The notes under the pieces were generated by a model that searched no databases, had not been told where the DNA came from, and saw only the letters and a list, made by a program, of their open reading frames with translations. Of a stretch of DNA of 64,000 nucleotides, positions 28,006 to 37,586 are shown piece by piece. This DNA comes from a virus: IMG/VR virus record IMGVR_UViG_3300030098_005409. The stretch is one strand, 5' to 3'. Each line of letters begins with the position of its first letter. The first letter of the stretch is position 1. The translations under genes were made by a program, and so were the position numbers.

Positions 28006-28706
28006 TTTCTAAAGACCTCTTTGTTAGATAAATCTGAATAGTTTTCCCAGCAGCCTGAGTCTTCGTTTATTTCTGGTAGCTGGTCCATTATTAGTAGCCC
28101 CCTAGCGGCATCTTCCGGTGTCATATACATATGCCACCCTAGCATTTCGAATTCGTCTTCTGGGTAGTATACCTCCAAATCCCTTCCGTCATAGGATGCT
28201 TTTTTAAGCCATTTATATGCGTTTGGGTCGTCCGTCAAGATCATACCGCCTTTGCCAATGCACAGCCTTTTCTTAATTTGGAAAGAGACAACTTGCAGAG
28301 CGTTACCCCCCACATACATTCCCTTTGTATATCTTACCGCACCATCATAAACGGGGTATGGTTTAAGTTGATAGATTCCGCTCCATTTTACATTTTCAAA
28401 TTCTAATTCGCAACCGGCGTGCTTCACTTGCATTGGAACTGATACGTAAGTTCTGCTAGGTATTGTTACTGTTCCACTAGCTTCACAGTACTTTAGAGAT
28501 AGAAAAATACCACTTGAGCAAGAATCAACTGCTATTCCGTATTTGCAGCCGGCATAATCAGCCATTTTTTGTTCAAAGGTCTCTATAATATCTCTGGGGT
28601 CATCCCATTCATAGCCGGCTCTTCTAACCATTTCTAGTTCAGGGCGATCCCACTCTTTAGGCGGTCGTCCTATGGGCCAACTGTCATATTTAACTGTCTG
28701 ATCCAT
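28002..28706 (-). CDS. short DegT/DnrJ/EryC1/StrS-family PLP aminotransferase (copy 1)
   Basis: FEQKMADY...AVDSCSSG...YDGA...SFQIKK..IGKGGMILTDD; only 234 aa. Confidence 0.8.
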   Translation of the reverse strand: MDQTVKYDSWPIGRPPKEWDRPELEMVRRAGYEWDDPRDIIETFEQKMADYAGCKYGIAVDSCSSGIFLSLKYCEASGTVTIPSRTYVSVPMQVKHAGCELEFENVKWSGIYQLKPYPVYDGAVRYTKGMYVGGNALQVVSFQIKKRLCIGKGGMILTDDPNAYKWLKKASYDGRDLEVYYPEDEFEMLGWHMYMTPEDAARGLLIMDQLPEINEDSGCWENYSDLSNKEVFRK

Positions 28707-28708
28707 TT

Positions 28709-29266
28709 TTACTTAATCGCCTGTAAGTTTTGCATAATATGAATTCCACTTTCTTTGCTCATGTGAGGGAAATAAGACTGACTTTGGTCATCGTAATTAA
28801 CATGAACATGATCTCTCCAGTCATAATCTTCCACATTTGTAAATCCACTGTCTTTTAAAGTCCTTAGCATTTCTGTCTTTGTGTATACTGTTTTATGATA
28901 GATTTTGTTAATTGGATTGTTATCTTCGTCAACAACATCCATTCTACCATAAAGAGGCCCTACTATTTTAGTTAAATCTTTGCCAGTTTTATAATATACA
29001 TCCAATAATTTGTCGAAATCAACCGTGGATATCCTTAGTATGCCACCCGGCTTTAATATGCGGTGCCATTCTTGCAAACACCGTGCTCCTTCGCGCCTGT
29101 CAAAGTACTGGAACGTGGCGCTTATATAGATTAGCGCGACACTATTGTCTTCAAACATACTTAAATCGCGAATGTCGGCTTTAAGATTTACATGCGGGTA
29201 ATCACTTAAATCAACATTATAAAACCCAGGTATATCTACCGCGCCACATCCTAAATGAAGTTTCAT
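28709..29266 (-). CDS. class I SAM-dependent methyltransferase
   Basis: LHLGCG motif I; EWHRILKPGG. Confidence 0.85.
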   Translation of the reverse strand: MKLHLGCGAVDIPGFYNVDLSDYPHVNLKADIRDLSMFEDNSVALIYISATFQYFDRREGARCLQEWHRILKPGGILRISTVDFDKLLDVYYKTGKDLTKIVGPLYGRMDVVDEDNNPINKIYHKTVYTKTEMLRTLKDSGFTNVEDYDWRDHVHVNYDDQSQSYFPHMSKESGIHIMQNLQAIK

Positions 29267-29890
29267 TTATTTTCCTTCCACAACAAAAATGCTCGATCTT
29301 CCAACTCGCCTCATTAGATCTGAGTCGTATCTCTTTAGGATTTGGGGCAAAAATTCGTTTCCATAGTCATACGTTCTACCGTATCTGGTGAACTGTAAGC
29401 CAGCGCTTGAGATTATGTCTTCCCAGAACTGCGGGCTCTCAAACCTTGTTCTATCACCTTCATCATCTAGGTTTTGTCTCAAATTGTTAGGCACATCAAA
29501 TACTATTCTTTTCGCCGCTTTACTTTGAATGTCTAAGATTTCTAGTATTTCCTCATCTTCAAAATGCTCCAAGACCCCCTGATGGATGATCGTATCTACT
29601 TTTCGCCTATACGTTTTTGAATTTAATATATTACCAACAAACAGATCGCCTCTCAAATGTTTATAGTGCTCTTGACAATTTTCAATTGCACTGGGCTCTA
29701 AATCAAATCCTGATACCTCATACCCCAAGTCTCTCAATAGCTCCAACGTTGTTCCGAAGCCAAACCCTGCTTCCATAATAGTCCCGCCATCTGGAGTGTG
29801 ATCTGTTATACACTCTATAAATTGCTCCTGTAGGATCGCTGTTCGAAACAGAGTGAATCTTTTTTCATTTAGCCATTTTTCCCATGCCAT
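29267..29890 (-). CDS. class I SAM-dependent methyltransferase
   Basis: MEAGFGFG motif I, GFDLE, HQGVLEHF. Confidence 0.8.
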   Translation of the reverse strand: MAWEKWLNEKRFTLFRTAILQEQFIECITDHTPDGGTIMEAGFGFGTTLELLRDLGYEVSGFDLEPSAIENCQEHYKHLRGDLFVGNILNSKTYRRKVDTIIHQGVLEHFEDEEILEILDIQSKAAKRIVFDVPNNLRQNLDDEGDRTRFESPQFWEDIISSAGLQFTRYGRTYDYGNEFLPQILKRYDSDLMRRVGRSSIFVVEGK

Positions 29891-29891
29891 A

Positions 29892-30305
29892 TTACACCTC
29901 TAATAAAACTTTGTCTTTTTCAACCCCTTGATATGGGCCTGTTTTGTATTCATAAACAATTGTGTTGTCCTTTAGGCACTCATAGTTGTGGCCGCCGCGG
30001 AATGTTATTGAGCAGTCTCCCTCATTGAGAGTACGGGTTGCGATAATAGTATCGTCTAAGTCGTATAAAATAGCCCTTATCTTTCCATCAATCACTACCC
30101 ATGATTCTTGAGCTATGTCGGTATACCTCTCTTGGTGTATGTGTTTGTGGGCCTTAAACGTTCTGCCGTTTTGCATCTTTATAGAGGCGACTTGCAAATA
30201 TTCCTCTTCAGGAGTAATATTGTCCCTAAAGGACACAATATCCTCTTTTCGATATATAATATGCAACAGAACGTCGTTTTCTAGTTTAGAAAATATTTTT
30301 TCCAC
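29892..30305 (-). CDS. cupin-fold protein (WbuC-like, sugar isomerase-like)
   Basis: AHKH...QES...GGHNY cupin metal ligands. Confidence 0.75.
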   Translation of the reverse strand: MEKIFSKLENDVLLHIIYRKEDIVSFRDNITPEEEYLQVASIKMQNGRTFKAHKHIHQERYTDIAQESWVVIDGKIRAILYDLDDTIIATRTLNEGDCSITFRGGHNYECLKDNTIVYEYKTGPYQGVEKDKVLLEV

Positions 30306-30973
30306 TACTGATCCTTATTTTTAAAAATCTCTAAATTAGAGAGATCATGGTATCGCCAAGACCCTCCACAGTCTTTATTCTCATCCGGTAAGTTTAAGAA
30401 TATTTTTATTCCGCGAGCAGCTTGCTCGGGGGGCATATACATATTCCAGCCAACCATTTCAATTTCATCCTGATCATATGGAACCTCTATATGGCGCCCC
30501 TCATATCTTGCGACCTTAAACCATCTTGCGGCCTCTGGGTCATCCGTCAGGATGATGCCACCCTTTCCAATATTGAGTATCTTTTTGATGTGAAAGGATA
30601 GACACTGATACGTTCCCGGGATGTACATCCCTTTCGTAAACCGCGTGGCGCCATCAATGATGGGGTACGGCTTAAGTTGATATGTACCAGACCACTCTAA
30701 ATCTTCAAATTCCAGGTCACATCCAGCATGCAGAATAGCCTGAGGCACCGAAACATAGCACTTAGAAGGAATTGTTATTTTGCCAGTAGCCTTGAGGTAT
30801 TTGAGGCATAAAAAAATGCCATCAGTGCAATTATCAACAGACACAGCATACTTGCTCCCCGCGTACTCAGCAACCATTTTTTCAAAGCTATCTACAATAT
30901 CCCACGGGTCATTTATGGTAAAGCCCATATTCTCAAGAACACCTATTGTTTCATCTAATGAATCTTCAAACAT
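30305..30973 (-). CDS. short DegT-family PLP aminotransferase (copy 2)
   Basis: FEKMVAEY...SVDNCTDG...IDGA...SFHIKK..IGKGGIILTDD; 222 aa; paralogue of 28002-28706. Confidence 0.8.
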   Translation of the reverse strand: MFEDSLDETIGVLENMGFTINDPWDIVDSFEKMVAEYAGSKYAVSVDNCTDGIFLCLKYLKATGKITIPSKCYVSVPQAILHAGCDLEFEDLEWSGTYQLKPYPIIDGATRFTKGMYIPGTYQCLSFHIKKILNIGKGGIILTDDPEAARWFKVARYEGRHIEVPYDQDEIEMVGWNMYMPPEQAARGIKIFLNLPDENKDCGGSWRYHDLSNLEIFKNKDQ

Positions 30974-30979
30974 ATTAAT

Positions 30980-31660
30980 TTACCTTCCCTCTGCAACGCA
31001 GTCGTAGTATTCTCCTATAATGAATTTCTTTTTTGTGGTGGCCGCTTTTGCAGTGTAAGAGCTATCGTAATATTTTTTAGGAAGAATTCTAAAATCAAAA
31101 CTTATTCTTGTCTTGCCTGTTTCATTAAATTTATTATAATGCAGACAGCGATTTCCATCCCACATAAATATGTCTCCATATTTTCCCTCCATAGGGTTAA
31201 AATCTTCCATCCCTGGGAAACTCTCAACCCATGGAGCATTGCTGCCATACATATCGGTTAGTGGCATCAGGAAACTTATTTCTCCATACGGATGTTGATG
31301 ATTCTCATCACTATCCTTGTGAACTGTTGTTATAGCCCTATTGCCAGGATAGTGAATCCTATAAGACGGAAAAGCTTGGTATATCAGACTCTTTTCCTTT
31401 GGAAACAGAGGGTGAATATAATCTTCTACAAAAGACCTATACATTTCCTTCATCTCAAGCCAGCCTAAGCCTAACTCATCATAAAATTTATTGTGTAGCG
31501 CACTTATCGTATCGCGGCCGAGGCCGGCTACATCATCTGGTATGTCATAGTATCCTGCCAGATCTTTATGAAGAGTGGATAAATCATCAACGTTATAGAG
31601 TTTCTCAATTGCTTCTTTAAACTTGTACTTTTCAGTTGAGAATTTTAATTTCTTATACAT
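30980..31660 (-). CDS. StrG-like 2OG-Fe(II) oxygenase
   Basis: YRIHYPGN...HKD (HxD)...GEISFLMPLT...LH..N.TGKTRISFDFR. Confidence 0.7.
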   Translation of the reverse strand: MYKKLKFSTEKYKFKEAIEKLYNVDDLSTLHKDLAGYYDIPDDVAGLGRDTISALHNKFYDELGLGWLEMKEMYRSFVEDYIHPLFPKEKSLIYQAFPSYRIHYPGNRAITTVHKDSDENHQHPYGEISFLMPLTDMYGSNAPWVESFPGMEDFNPMEGKYGDIFMWDGNRCLHYNKFNETGKTRISFDFRILPKKYYDSSYTAKAATTKKKFIIGEYYDCVAEGR

Positions 31661-33668
31661 GTTTTTTTAAAACCTCAATTTTTGCTTTACACGCAGCCAC
31701 CCGGCGACCCCACCATAGGCACTCTTTACCCCATTGAAAAAGATCACCATCATAATTTTTAGCTTTTACCCTAATTTCTTGCGGCTCCTCTACTAATTTA
31801 TGCCCAGAGTGGATAACGTCATGAATATTAAATCCTATTGTTTCTGTTAAAGGATATTGTCGAGTTGGGTCGACCACAGCCACATCTTGATATTTTATCA
31901 ACTCGTTTAGTAATTCATTATCCACATCATAACACGATATGATAAACTGTTTAATTTCTTTTTGAAAGGTGTCTTTGTTTTGAACTATCCGCATCGAAGT
32001 GGCTTCCTCAAAGTCCCACGCAAAGTTTTCTCTAACGTCGTCTAACACTCTCCCCCATGGGTGCTCAGCTTTCATCACCTGTTGCAAACTTTCTTTTGTC
32101 AACTGTAGCTCCTTTGCTAGGAACGAGTTGTCATCCGATGCTTTAATATATTCCATCAACGAAAGATAGAAGTCCTTAAACGATATATCTAAGTGTGAAT
32201 TTAAAAACCTAGACACAAATTGTAGATTACCAAGGTAATGAGCAAACATAAAAAACCAGCGATACACTGTACATTCCACGTATTCGTCCAGCGTCAGTGT
32301 TTTGCTTCCTACTACCATGTGTTCTCTTTCGAAATCATTTTGATCATTAATGTCAACATGAGAAAAAGCAGGATATGTTTCAATAATATTTAGATCATAT
32401 TTTTCAATATATTCTTTTTCCCCAAATGGAGTGTTTGGTAACGCTGTTAATGGGTAGATGCCAATATAGTTGTGTTGTCCCAATTCTATAACCTTAGAAA
32501 TTCCGTCAATAAAACTCTGTAATGTTTCTTCGGGGAGGCCCATAATTAATTCAACATAACTTGGCAATTCTTCTTGACTATACATTTTAAAAAATTCAGA
32601 CAGTTTGCCATTATCAACGTTTCTTCTACGTACAGCTTTGAGCGTTTCAGGATTCATAGACTGGAGTGCAATTGTGATACCTTTGTCCATATCTGCTTCG
32701 TAAAACAATTTGGCCAACGTTATAACAGAGTCAGCTTTATTCTTAGCCCAATCGCACCGGTGCTTTTCTGGATATCCTGTCTCCTTTTTCTTTTTCACAA
32801 AATATTTTGTAATTTCAAGATGATCTTTTAGCATTCCAAAGTTAGAGTCTGCGTTGTATACGAAAACAACCTTGTTATCTGACAGCCAATCAATCTCTTT
32901 GTAAACCTTTTCAAGACTTTGTGATTTAATTTTCTGGTAGTATTTCGTGCTTATTTCACAAAAAGTGCACTGAAATGGGCAACCCCTTGTTGTTTCAATT
33001 GCGGCTTCAATCTCATAAGGACAGTCCTTAACAAGTTCATCGAATAAGCCATCCAAATATGGACTCGGCATTGAATTAAGGTCTTGAATTCTTTGTCTAG
33101 GGAGGTTGACGTGCGTTGCATAGTCACTATCGTCCGCTGATATTTCGTCAAGTAGCTTTAGCCCATGACTTATTCGCCGTAGGCGCCCTTTGTTTTCAGA
33201 ACTTACCAATCTCATAGGAATAGAGCATCCGTCAATACTTTCCCAATTGGGACTAACTTTAAGATTTTCAATTAAAATTTCTTTAAATGTAATCTCTCCC
33301 TCGCCATGCACAGCGATATCTACATAGGGATGCTCCTTAAAAAAGTTTTGATTTCTATCCGACATTGGAACCTGCCAGCCACCGTATACGATCAGGCACT
33401 CCGGATATTTTTCTTTAATTTTTTTTGCTAACTGATTGTTAAACTTCCAATTCCAAACAAAACAATTAAAGCCGATAATGGAGGGGTTTTCTATCTTATT
33501 GAGAATGTCATCTAAGTCTTCTCTGTAATAGAACCAGCCCCCTAAATTATAGTTACTTTCTATCTGCTTGTCCGTTATACAATAAGACCATATAACGCCC
33601 GTGCTATACGGAAGTTTAATCTGTCCTGTTAAGACATCATTAATTTCAAATAAATATACATTTTTCAT
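31653..33668 (-). CDS. cobalamin-binding radical SAM enzyme
   Basis: N-terminal B12-binding domain (IIGFNCFVWN...IVYGG...GEGE) plus TRGCPFQCTFC (CxxxCxxC); start at ATGA overlap 33668. Confidence 0.9.
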   Translation of the reverse strand: MKNVYLFEINDVLTGQIKLPYSTGVIWSYCITDKQIESNYNLGGWFYYREDLDDILNKIENPSIIGFNCFVWNWKFNNQLAKKIKEKYPECLIVYGGWQVPMSDRNQNFFKEHPYVDIAVHGEGEITFKEILIENLKVSPNWESIDGCSIPMRLVSSENKGRLRRISHGLKLLDEISADDSDYATHVNLPRQRIQDLNSMPSPYLDGLFDELVKDCPYEIEAAIETTRGCPFQCTFCEISTKYYQKIKSQSLEKVYKEIDWLSDNKVVFVYNADSNFGMLKDHLEITKYFVKKKKETGYPEKHRCDWAKNKADSVITLAKLFYEADMDKGITIALQSMNPETLKAVRRRNVDNGKLSEFFKMYSQEELPSYVELIMGLPEETLQSFIDGISKVIELGQHNYIGIYPLTALPNTPFGEKEYIEKYDLNIIETYPAFSHVDINDQNDFEREHMVVGSKTLTLDEYVECTVYRWFFMFAHYLGNLQFVSRFLNSHLDISFKDFYLSLMEYIKASDDNSFLAKELQLTKESLQQVMKAEHPWGRVLDDVRENFAWDFEEATSMRIVQNKDTFQKEIKQFIISCYDVDNELLNELIKYQDVAVVDPTRQYPLTETIGFNIHDVIHSGHKLVEEPQEIRVKAKNYDGDLFQWGKECLWWGRRVAACKAKIEVLKKHV

Positions 33669-34360
33669 TGTGTGTGAATCCAAACTTCCTCGGCGCCGCA
33701 GTGCATTGACTTTTCATACTTCATGCTTTCTAATAATTTGCTAATTGGACCAGAATGATCATAACCCGTGCCCCTGACTTCTACATATATTATCTTGGGG
33801 CGATGAGGACCCAGGCCCATAAGACACTGTAAAGCATGCCCTTCAACATCTATATGCATTAAATCTATGGACGCAATGCCCTGTTCCTCGCAAAACTTTT
33901 CTATAGTTATACTTGGAACTTTAACGGGAGTTCTTATTTCCAGGGGCAGGCCGTCTGCTCTATCTGTGGAGCATAGCTCTTTGTCAATTGCTCCGCATGG
34001 AGCATAATTATCATTCTCACTATCGTAAGTTTCATAAAAGCTAACCTCTCCAATAGTATCAGAGATAGCATAGTTAAAAACTTTTAAGCCATATTGATTC
34101 AGTCCTTTCAAGTTATGAAAACAAGCTGGGGATGCCTCAATTGAATAAACATCGGCTGTGGGGAAGTGGTGCTTATATCTGATTCCATCCCCTCCATCAT
34201 ACGAACCGAATTCTAATATTGTTTGAACTTTTTTACACTGCTGATTAACAATTTGTATATTGAAGTTTGAGTGCCACAAGTCTCTGTTATTCCACGGATT
34301 AGAATAATTCTCTATCTTAATCCTGTTCCCTGGTAAAAATTCAACCTTACTTTGGCTCAT
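33665..34360 (-). CDS. FkbM-family methyltransferase
   Basis: LEFGSYDG, SIEAS, NYAISD, IDLMHIDVEG. Confidence 0.85.
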   Translation of the reverse strand: MSQSKVEFLPGNRIKIENYSNPWNNRDLWHSNFNIQIVNQQCKKVQTILEFGSYDGGDGIRYKHHFPTADVYSIEASPACFHNLKGLNQYGLKVFNYAISDTIGEVSFYETYDSENDNYAPCGAIDKELCSTDRADGLPLEIRTPVKVPSITIEKFCEEQGIASIDLMHIDVEGHALQCLMGLGPHRPKIIYVEVRGTGYDHSGPISKLLESMKYEKSMHCGAEEVWIHTQ

Positions 34361-34368
34361 GATTAGTA

Positions 34369-35169
34369 TTACTCCAGAATATCATATAAACCATCCGACC
34401 GAAGGCGGACATATCCAAGATCTACTAACTCAGAGATGGTCTCGTCCTCCACCTTTACTCCATATGATGAGTCTCTATTCATTTTACTTGATAAACCTAC
34501 ACAAGCTAGGTCTGTTATATGTTGTCCAGTTCGGTAATGAACTCCATCCATATTAGTTATGGCCCAGTTTTTATTAGAAGAAATAACCTTAGAATCATGG
34601 TTTTTAGCTAAATTTGACAAATGAGCTTCCCAATGATACGAATGCACGCCGGTACCCGGCTGTTGATTAATATTTAGCAAGTATTCCCTATTCCATATGG
34701 AGGCGCGAACACAAATTTTTAATTCTGCATCCTGATCAGCACAAATAATATCATATTCCGGAGTTTGTTTTATTACCGAATGGGCTCGGCCTGATGTTCC
34801 TCTCGTTAAATCAACCCTAGCTAAATTAGGGTTGATATGTACATCATATTCATTCAATATTGCTTTGTTAACTGGTCTGATCAAAAATTCATTTTCTTCC
34901 AGCCAAATAAAATAATCATCGTGGATTACATCCGTTAGCATCTGTGTAACATCATCGCTTAGAACCCACGAACCCGGTGGGTTCTGTTTTCCGAGTGAAA
35001 TAAAATTAAAATTACTTGGTAGGTCGAATTCAGGGTGTCTGTCAAACCCTAAGACAGTTACTTCCTTTTCCGGTCCCCAGTGCTTGTTAAAGAGATACGA
35101 AAATATCTTTAATATGTGTACGTATTTATTTGAGGTTGTGACGTAAATTTTTAGTTCATCTGCTTTCAT
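34369..35169 (-). CDS. hypothetical protein, glycosyltransferase-like (GT-A)
   Basis: YVTTSNKY...YFIWLEENEFL...ASIWNREYL; cluster context. Confidence 0.5.
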   Translation of the reverse strand: MKADELKIYVTTSNKYVHILKIFSYLFNKHWGPEKEVTVLGFDRHPEFDLPSNFNFISLGKQNPPGSWVLSDDVTQMLTDVIHDDYFIWLEENEFLIRPVNKAILNEYDVHINPNLARVDLTRGTSGRAHSVIKQTPEYDIICADQDAELKICVRASIWNREYLLNINQQPGTGVHSYHWEAHLSNLAKNHDSKVISSNKNWAITNMDGVHYRTGQHITDLACVGLSSKMNRDSSYGVKVEDETISELVDLGYVRLRSDGLYDILE

Positions 35170-36074
35170 GAATACTCTCCTTCTTGGTTTTTATCAATAA
35201 TATCCTTTATAAAAGGCCAAATGTTATATTTCTCTAAAACTAAATTCCTTGCATGGTCGATTGCATCTATATTAATTTTTGTTATTGGTCTATCAATTAT
35301 ATCAGAAAACTCTCTAAGAGCTTCAGTCGGATTTTCAATGTTTATTGTATGATAAGATTCCGTAGGATAAAGCTCTTCTATGTTAGGGCACCCCCAATAA
35401 ATAGGCATTGTCCAACATAAAAACGGCTCCCATACTCTAGTACAAAAATTTTTTAACCTACCATTCTCTAGCGAAAGGGAATAATGATAAGGCTGTAATC
35501 CTTCATATTTACATCTTTTAGGGGGACCGGTAAGGGGCAGACCCCCCTTATAAGATGGCCCAAAATCCTCTGCTTTTAAAGTTTTGCCATAAAAATCAAT
35601 TCGATCAGAATGTTGAGCGGCCGCCATTTTAGCAAAATTTAATCTCAGAGACTGACCAAGGGTGAACCTCTTGTTGGTCAATATGCAACTGACACTGTTA
35701 TGCCCTTGGGTGGTGCGTATTTTTTCAGGATATTTCATGTTCTTTAGCTCCGAGAAAGTTTTTTTTACCCACCAGAGTGCATAAGTGTAGTGGTTGTCAT
35801 AAGTGTAGATATGCTTCGCGTACGCGGGGGGCGTATATCGACGGACATGTGTTGGCTCTCTTTGTAAAAAAAAGGTTTTATCTAAATTAAGCCAATTAGG
35901 ATTAAAGCCACTCGGGAGCCCATCTAGGACAAAGCAATACTCCGCGTCGTTAAGATTAGATACTGCTACTATATCTTCCCAGACATATCCCCCATCAGGA
36001 TTTTGGGACCTGCAGTGCTCCAAATACTGCGCTGGGGTTTCCCCCCAGTTGTTAAGAAGAAGGACTTTTTTCAA
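35166..36074 (-). CDS. glycosyltransferase family 10 (alpha-1,3-fucosyltransferase-like)
   Basis: YHYSLSLEN......TRVWEPFL...PIYWGCPNI matches the GT10 alpha-1,3 motif; TTG start. Confidence 0.8.
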   Translation of the reverse strand: MKKVLLLNNWGETPAQYLEHCRSQNPDGGYVWEDIVAVSNLNDAEYCFVLDGLPSGFNPNWLNLDKTFFLQREPTHVRRYTPPAYAKHIYTYDNHYTYALWWVKKTFSELKNMKYPEKIRTTQGHNSVSCILTNKRFTLGQSLRLNFAKMAAAQHSDRIDFYGKTLKAEDFGPSYKGGLPLTGPPKRCKYEGLQPYHYSLSLENGRLKNFCTRVWEPFLCWTMPIYWGCPNIEELYPTESYHTINIENPTEALREFSDIIDRPITKINIDAIDHARNLVLEKYNIWPFIKDIIDKNQEGEYS

Positions 36075-36717
36075 GATATAATCTCACATCCGCGCCATAT
36101 AGGTCATTAAACTTTTTTGATACTCTCTTATTATTTCTTGCCCAGAGAACCAGTTCCTTCTTATACATCTTCGCAAAACTATTCATGTTAGGCAATATAA
36201 AATGTTGTCCTCGGCGCGCACAAAATTTAGAAAAATCCTGTGTAATGGTCTCAAAAAATAAATAATTATCTATTTCTACTTCGTTACCGGCGTCATCTGT
36301 AACAAAATAAGCCTGGGGCTTTAAATGGCCATCAAAAAAGCCATACTCTGCGATTTCATCCAGTAAACACTCAAATCGATCCGGTTCGTTATTCAATAAT
36401 ATAAATTTTTTATCAGCTACAGTATTATAAATGTTCTCGGGTCGATGGCCTCTGAGTACTTCATAGTAAGCAGATACAATCCTCTCTAAAGGGTCTCTTA
36501 AAACAACAAATGTTTCATATTCGTGAAAATTGTCTAGCTTGCAGAGGTCTGAATATGATGTTCTGTATGATCCTTTCATAAGAGGAGACTTCCTGATTGC
36601 AGTGCTAGCGTTTTTCGGGATCACAAAAAATATAACTTTATTAGTATGACTAACCCAACAATAGTCTTTAAGCTTGTTTTCAATTCTTAATCTAAAATTT
36701 TCGTAATCTTTGTTCAT
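36052..36717 (-). CDS. sulfotransferase (Sulfotransfer_2 family)
   Basis: IPKNAST (5'-PSB loop), LRDPLERIVSAY (3'-PB), HLKPQ; start at TAATG overlap. Confidence 0.8.
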   Translation of the reverse strand: MNKDYENFRLRIENKLKDYCWVSHTNKVIFFVIPKNASTAIRKSPLMKGSYRTSYSDLCKLDNFHEYETFVVLRDPLERIVSAYYEVLRGHRPENIYNTVADKKFILLNNEPDRFECLLDEIAEYGFFDGHLKPQAYFVTDDAGNEVEIDNYLFFETITQDFSKFCARRGQHFILPNMNSFAKMYKKELVLWARNNKRVSKKFNDLYGADVRLYLEKSPSS

Positions 36718-37586
36718 TAAAGACTCCACTTGTCCTTTTCTTCCCTAAAACGGCGGGCCCAATAACTCATAGTGGATTTATCCAAGCTAGACGTATTAAG
36801 TATTTTATCATACTGATCTATCAAAAAATCCTCTGTTATATCACTCAGATCATCATATACTAATATTGGTAAATCTAGGTAAAAATTAATATTTAGGTGT
36901 CTTGGTATTATAGGAATTGATCCTAAATAAATTGCTTGCCAGACGCGGCCGCAATCAACACCGTTGCCTAGTGGCGAAACCACGTATTTGTGATCATACA
37001 AGTTTTGATAGTACTCACCCATTTTGTTAAAATGGGATGAATTTTCATATTCACTTAAGGGTATATCACACGGCTTTTGTGTAACCCAGTCGTTGTCTTT
37101 AAAGTAATTATATACCTCTCTTCTGTGGCTTGGGTTTGTGTGTATGCCAAAATCTAGGTAAACTAAGTTTTTAAAGTTCTTCTCTACATTGTCTTCATCT
37201 ATAATAGTAAACTCTGGAGAGTCTTTAGCCTCAGCAAATTCTGACGTACCAATCCAAGTTGAGCTTGCTGATCCTAGTGGTATTGATTCTAGGATTGGAT
37301 GATCATAGGTTATATTAATACCGAACCACTTGACAATATTACTCGGTGCATTTCCAAATATTCTTTCATCAATTGGATAATCGCTATGATGTGTTACAAT
37401 TATATACTTGTTTTGCGTGTTTTTTCTGCACTCGTTAAGCAATCCAGCAACAAAATCTGTCTTACTAAACACAATATAGACTCCCGTTTGGTTTGGTAAA
37501 GCCTGTCCTGGTTTGTACACAATATCACATAATGTCTCAAATCTCTCGCCAACAATTCTATCTTGCTGCTCTACAGTACACTTCAT
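36717..37586 (-). CDS. exostosin/GT47-like glycosyltransferase
   Basis: KYVVSPLGNGVDCGRVWQAIYLGSIPI. Confidence 0.7.
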   Translation of the reverse strand: MKCTVEQQDRIVGERFETLCDIVYKPGQALPNQTGVYIVFSKTDFVAGLLNECRKNTQNKYIIVTHHSDYPIDERIFGNAPSNIVKWFGINITYDHPILESIPLGSASSTWIGTSEFAEAKDSPEFTIIDEDNVEKNFKNLVYLDFGIHTNPSHRREVYNYFKDNDWVTQKPCDIPLSEYENSSHFNKMGEYYQNLYDHKYVVSPLGNGVDCGRVWQAIYLGSIPIIPRHLNINFYLDLPILVYDDLSDITEDFLIDQYDKILNTSSLDKSTMSYWARRFREEKDKWSL

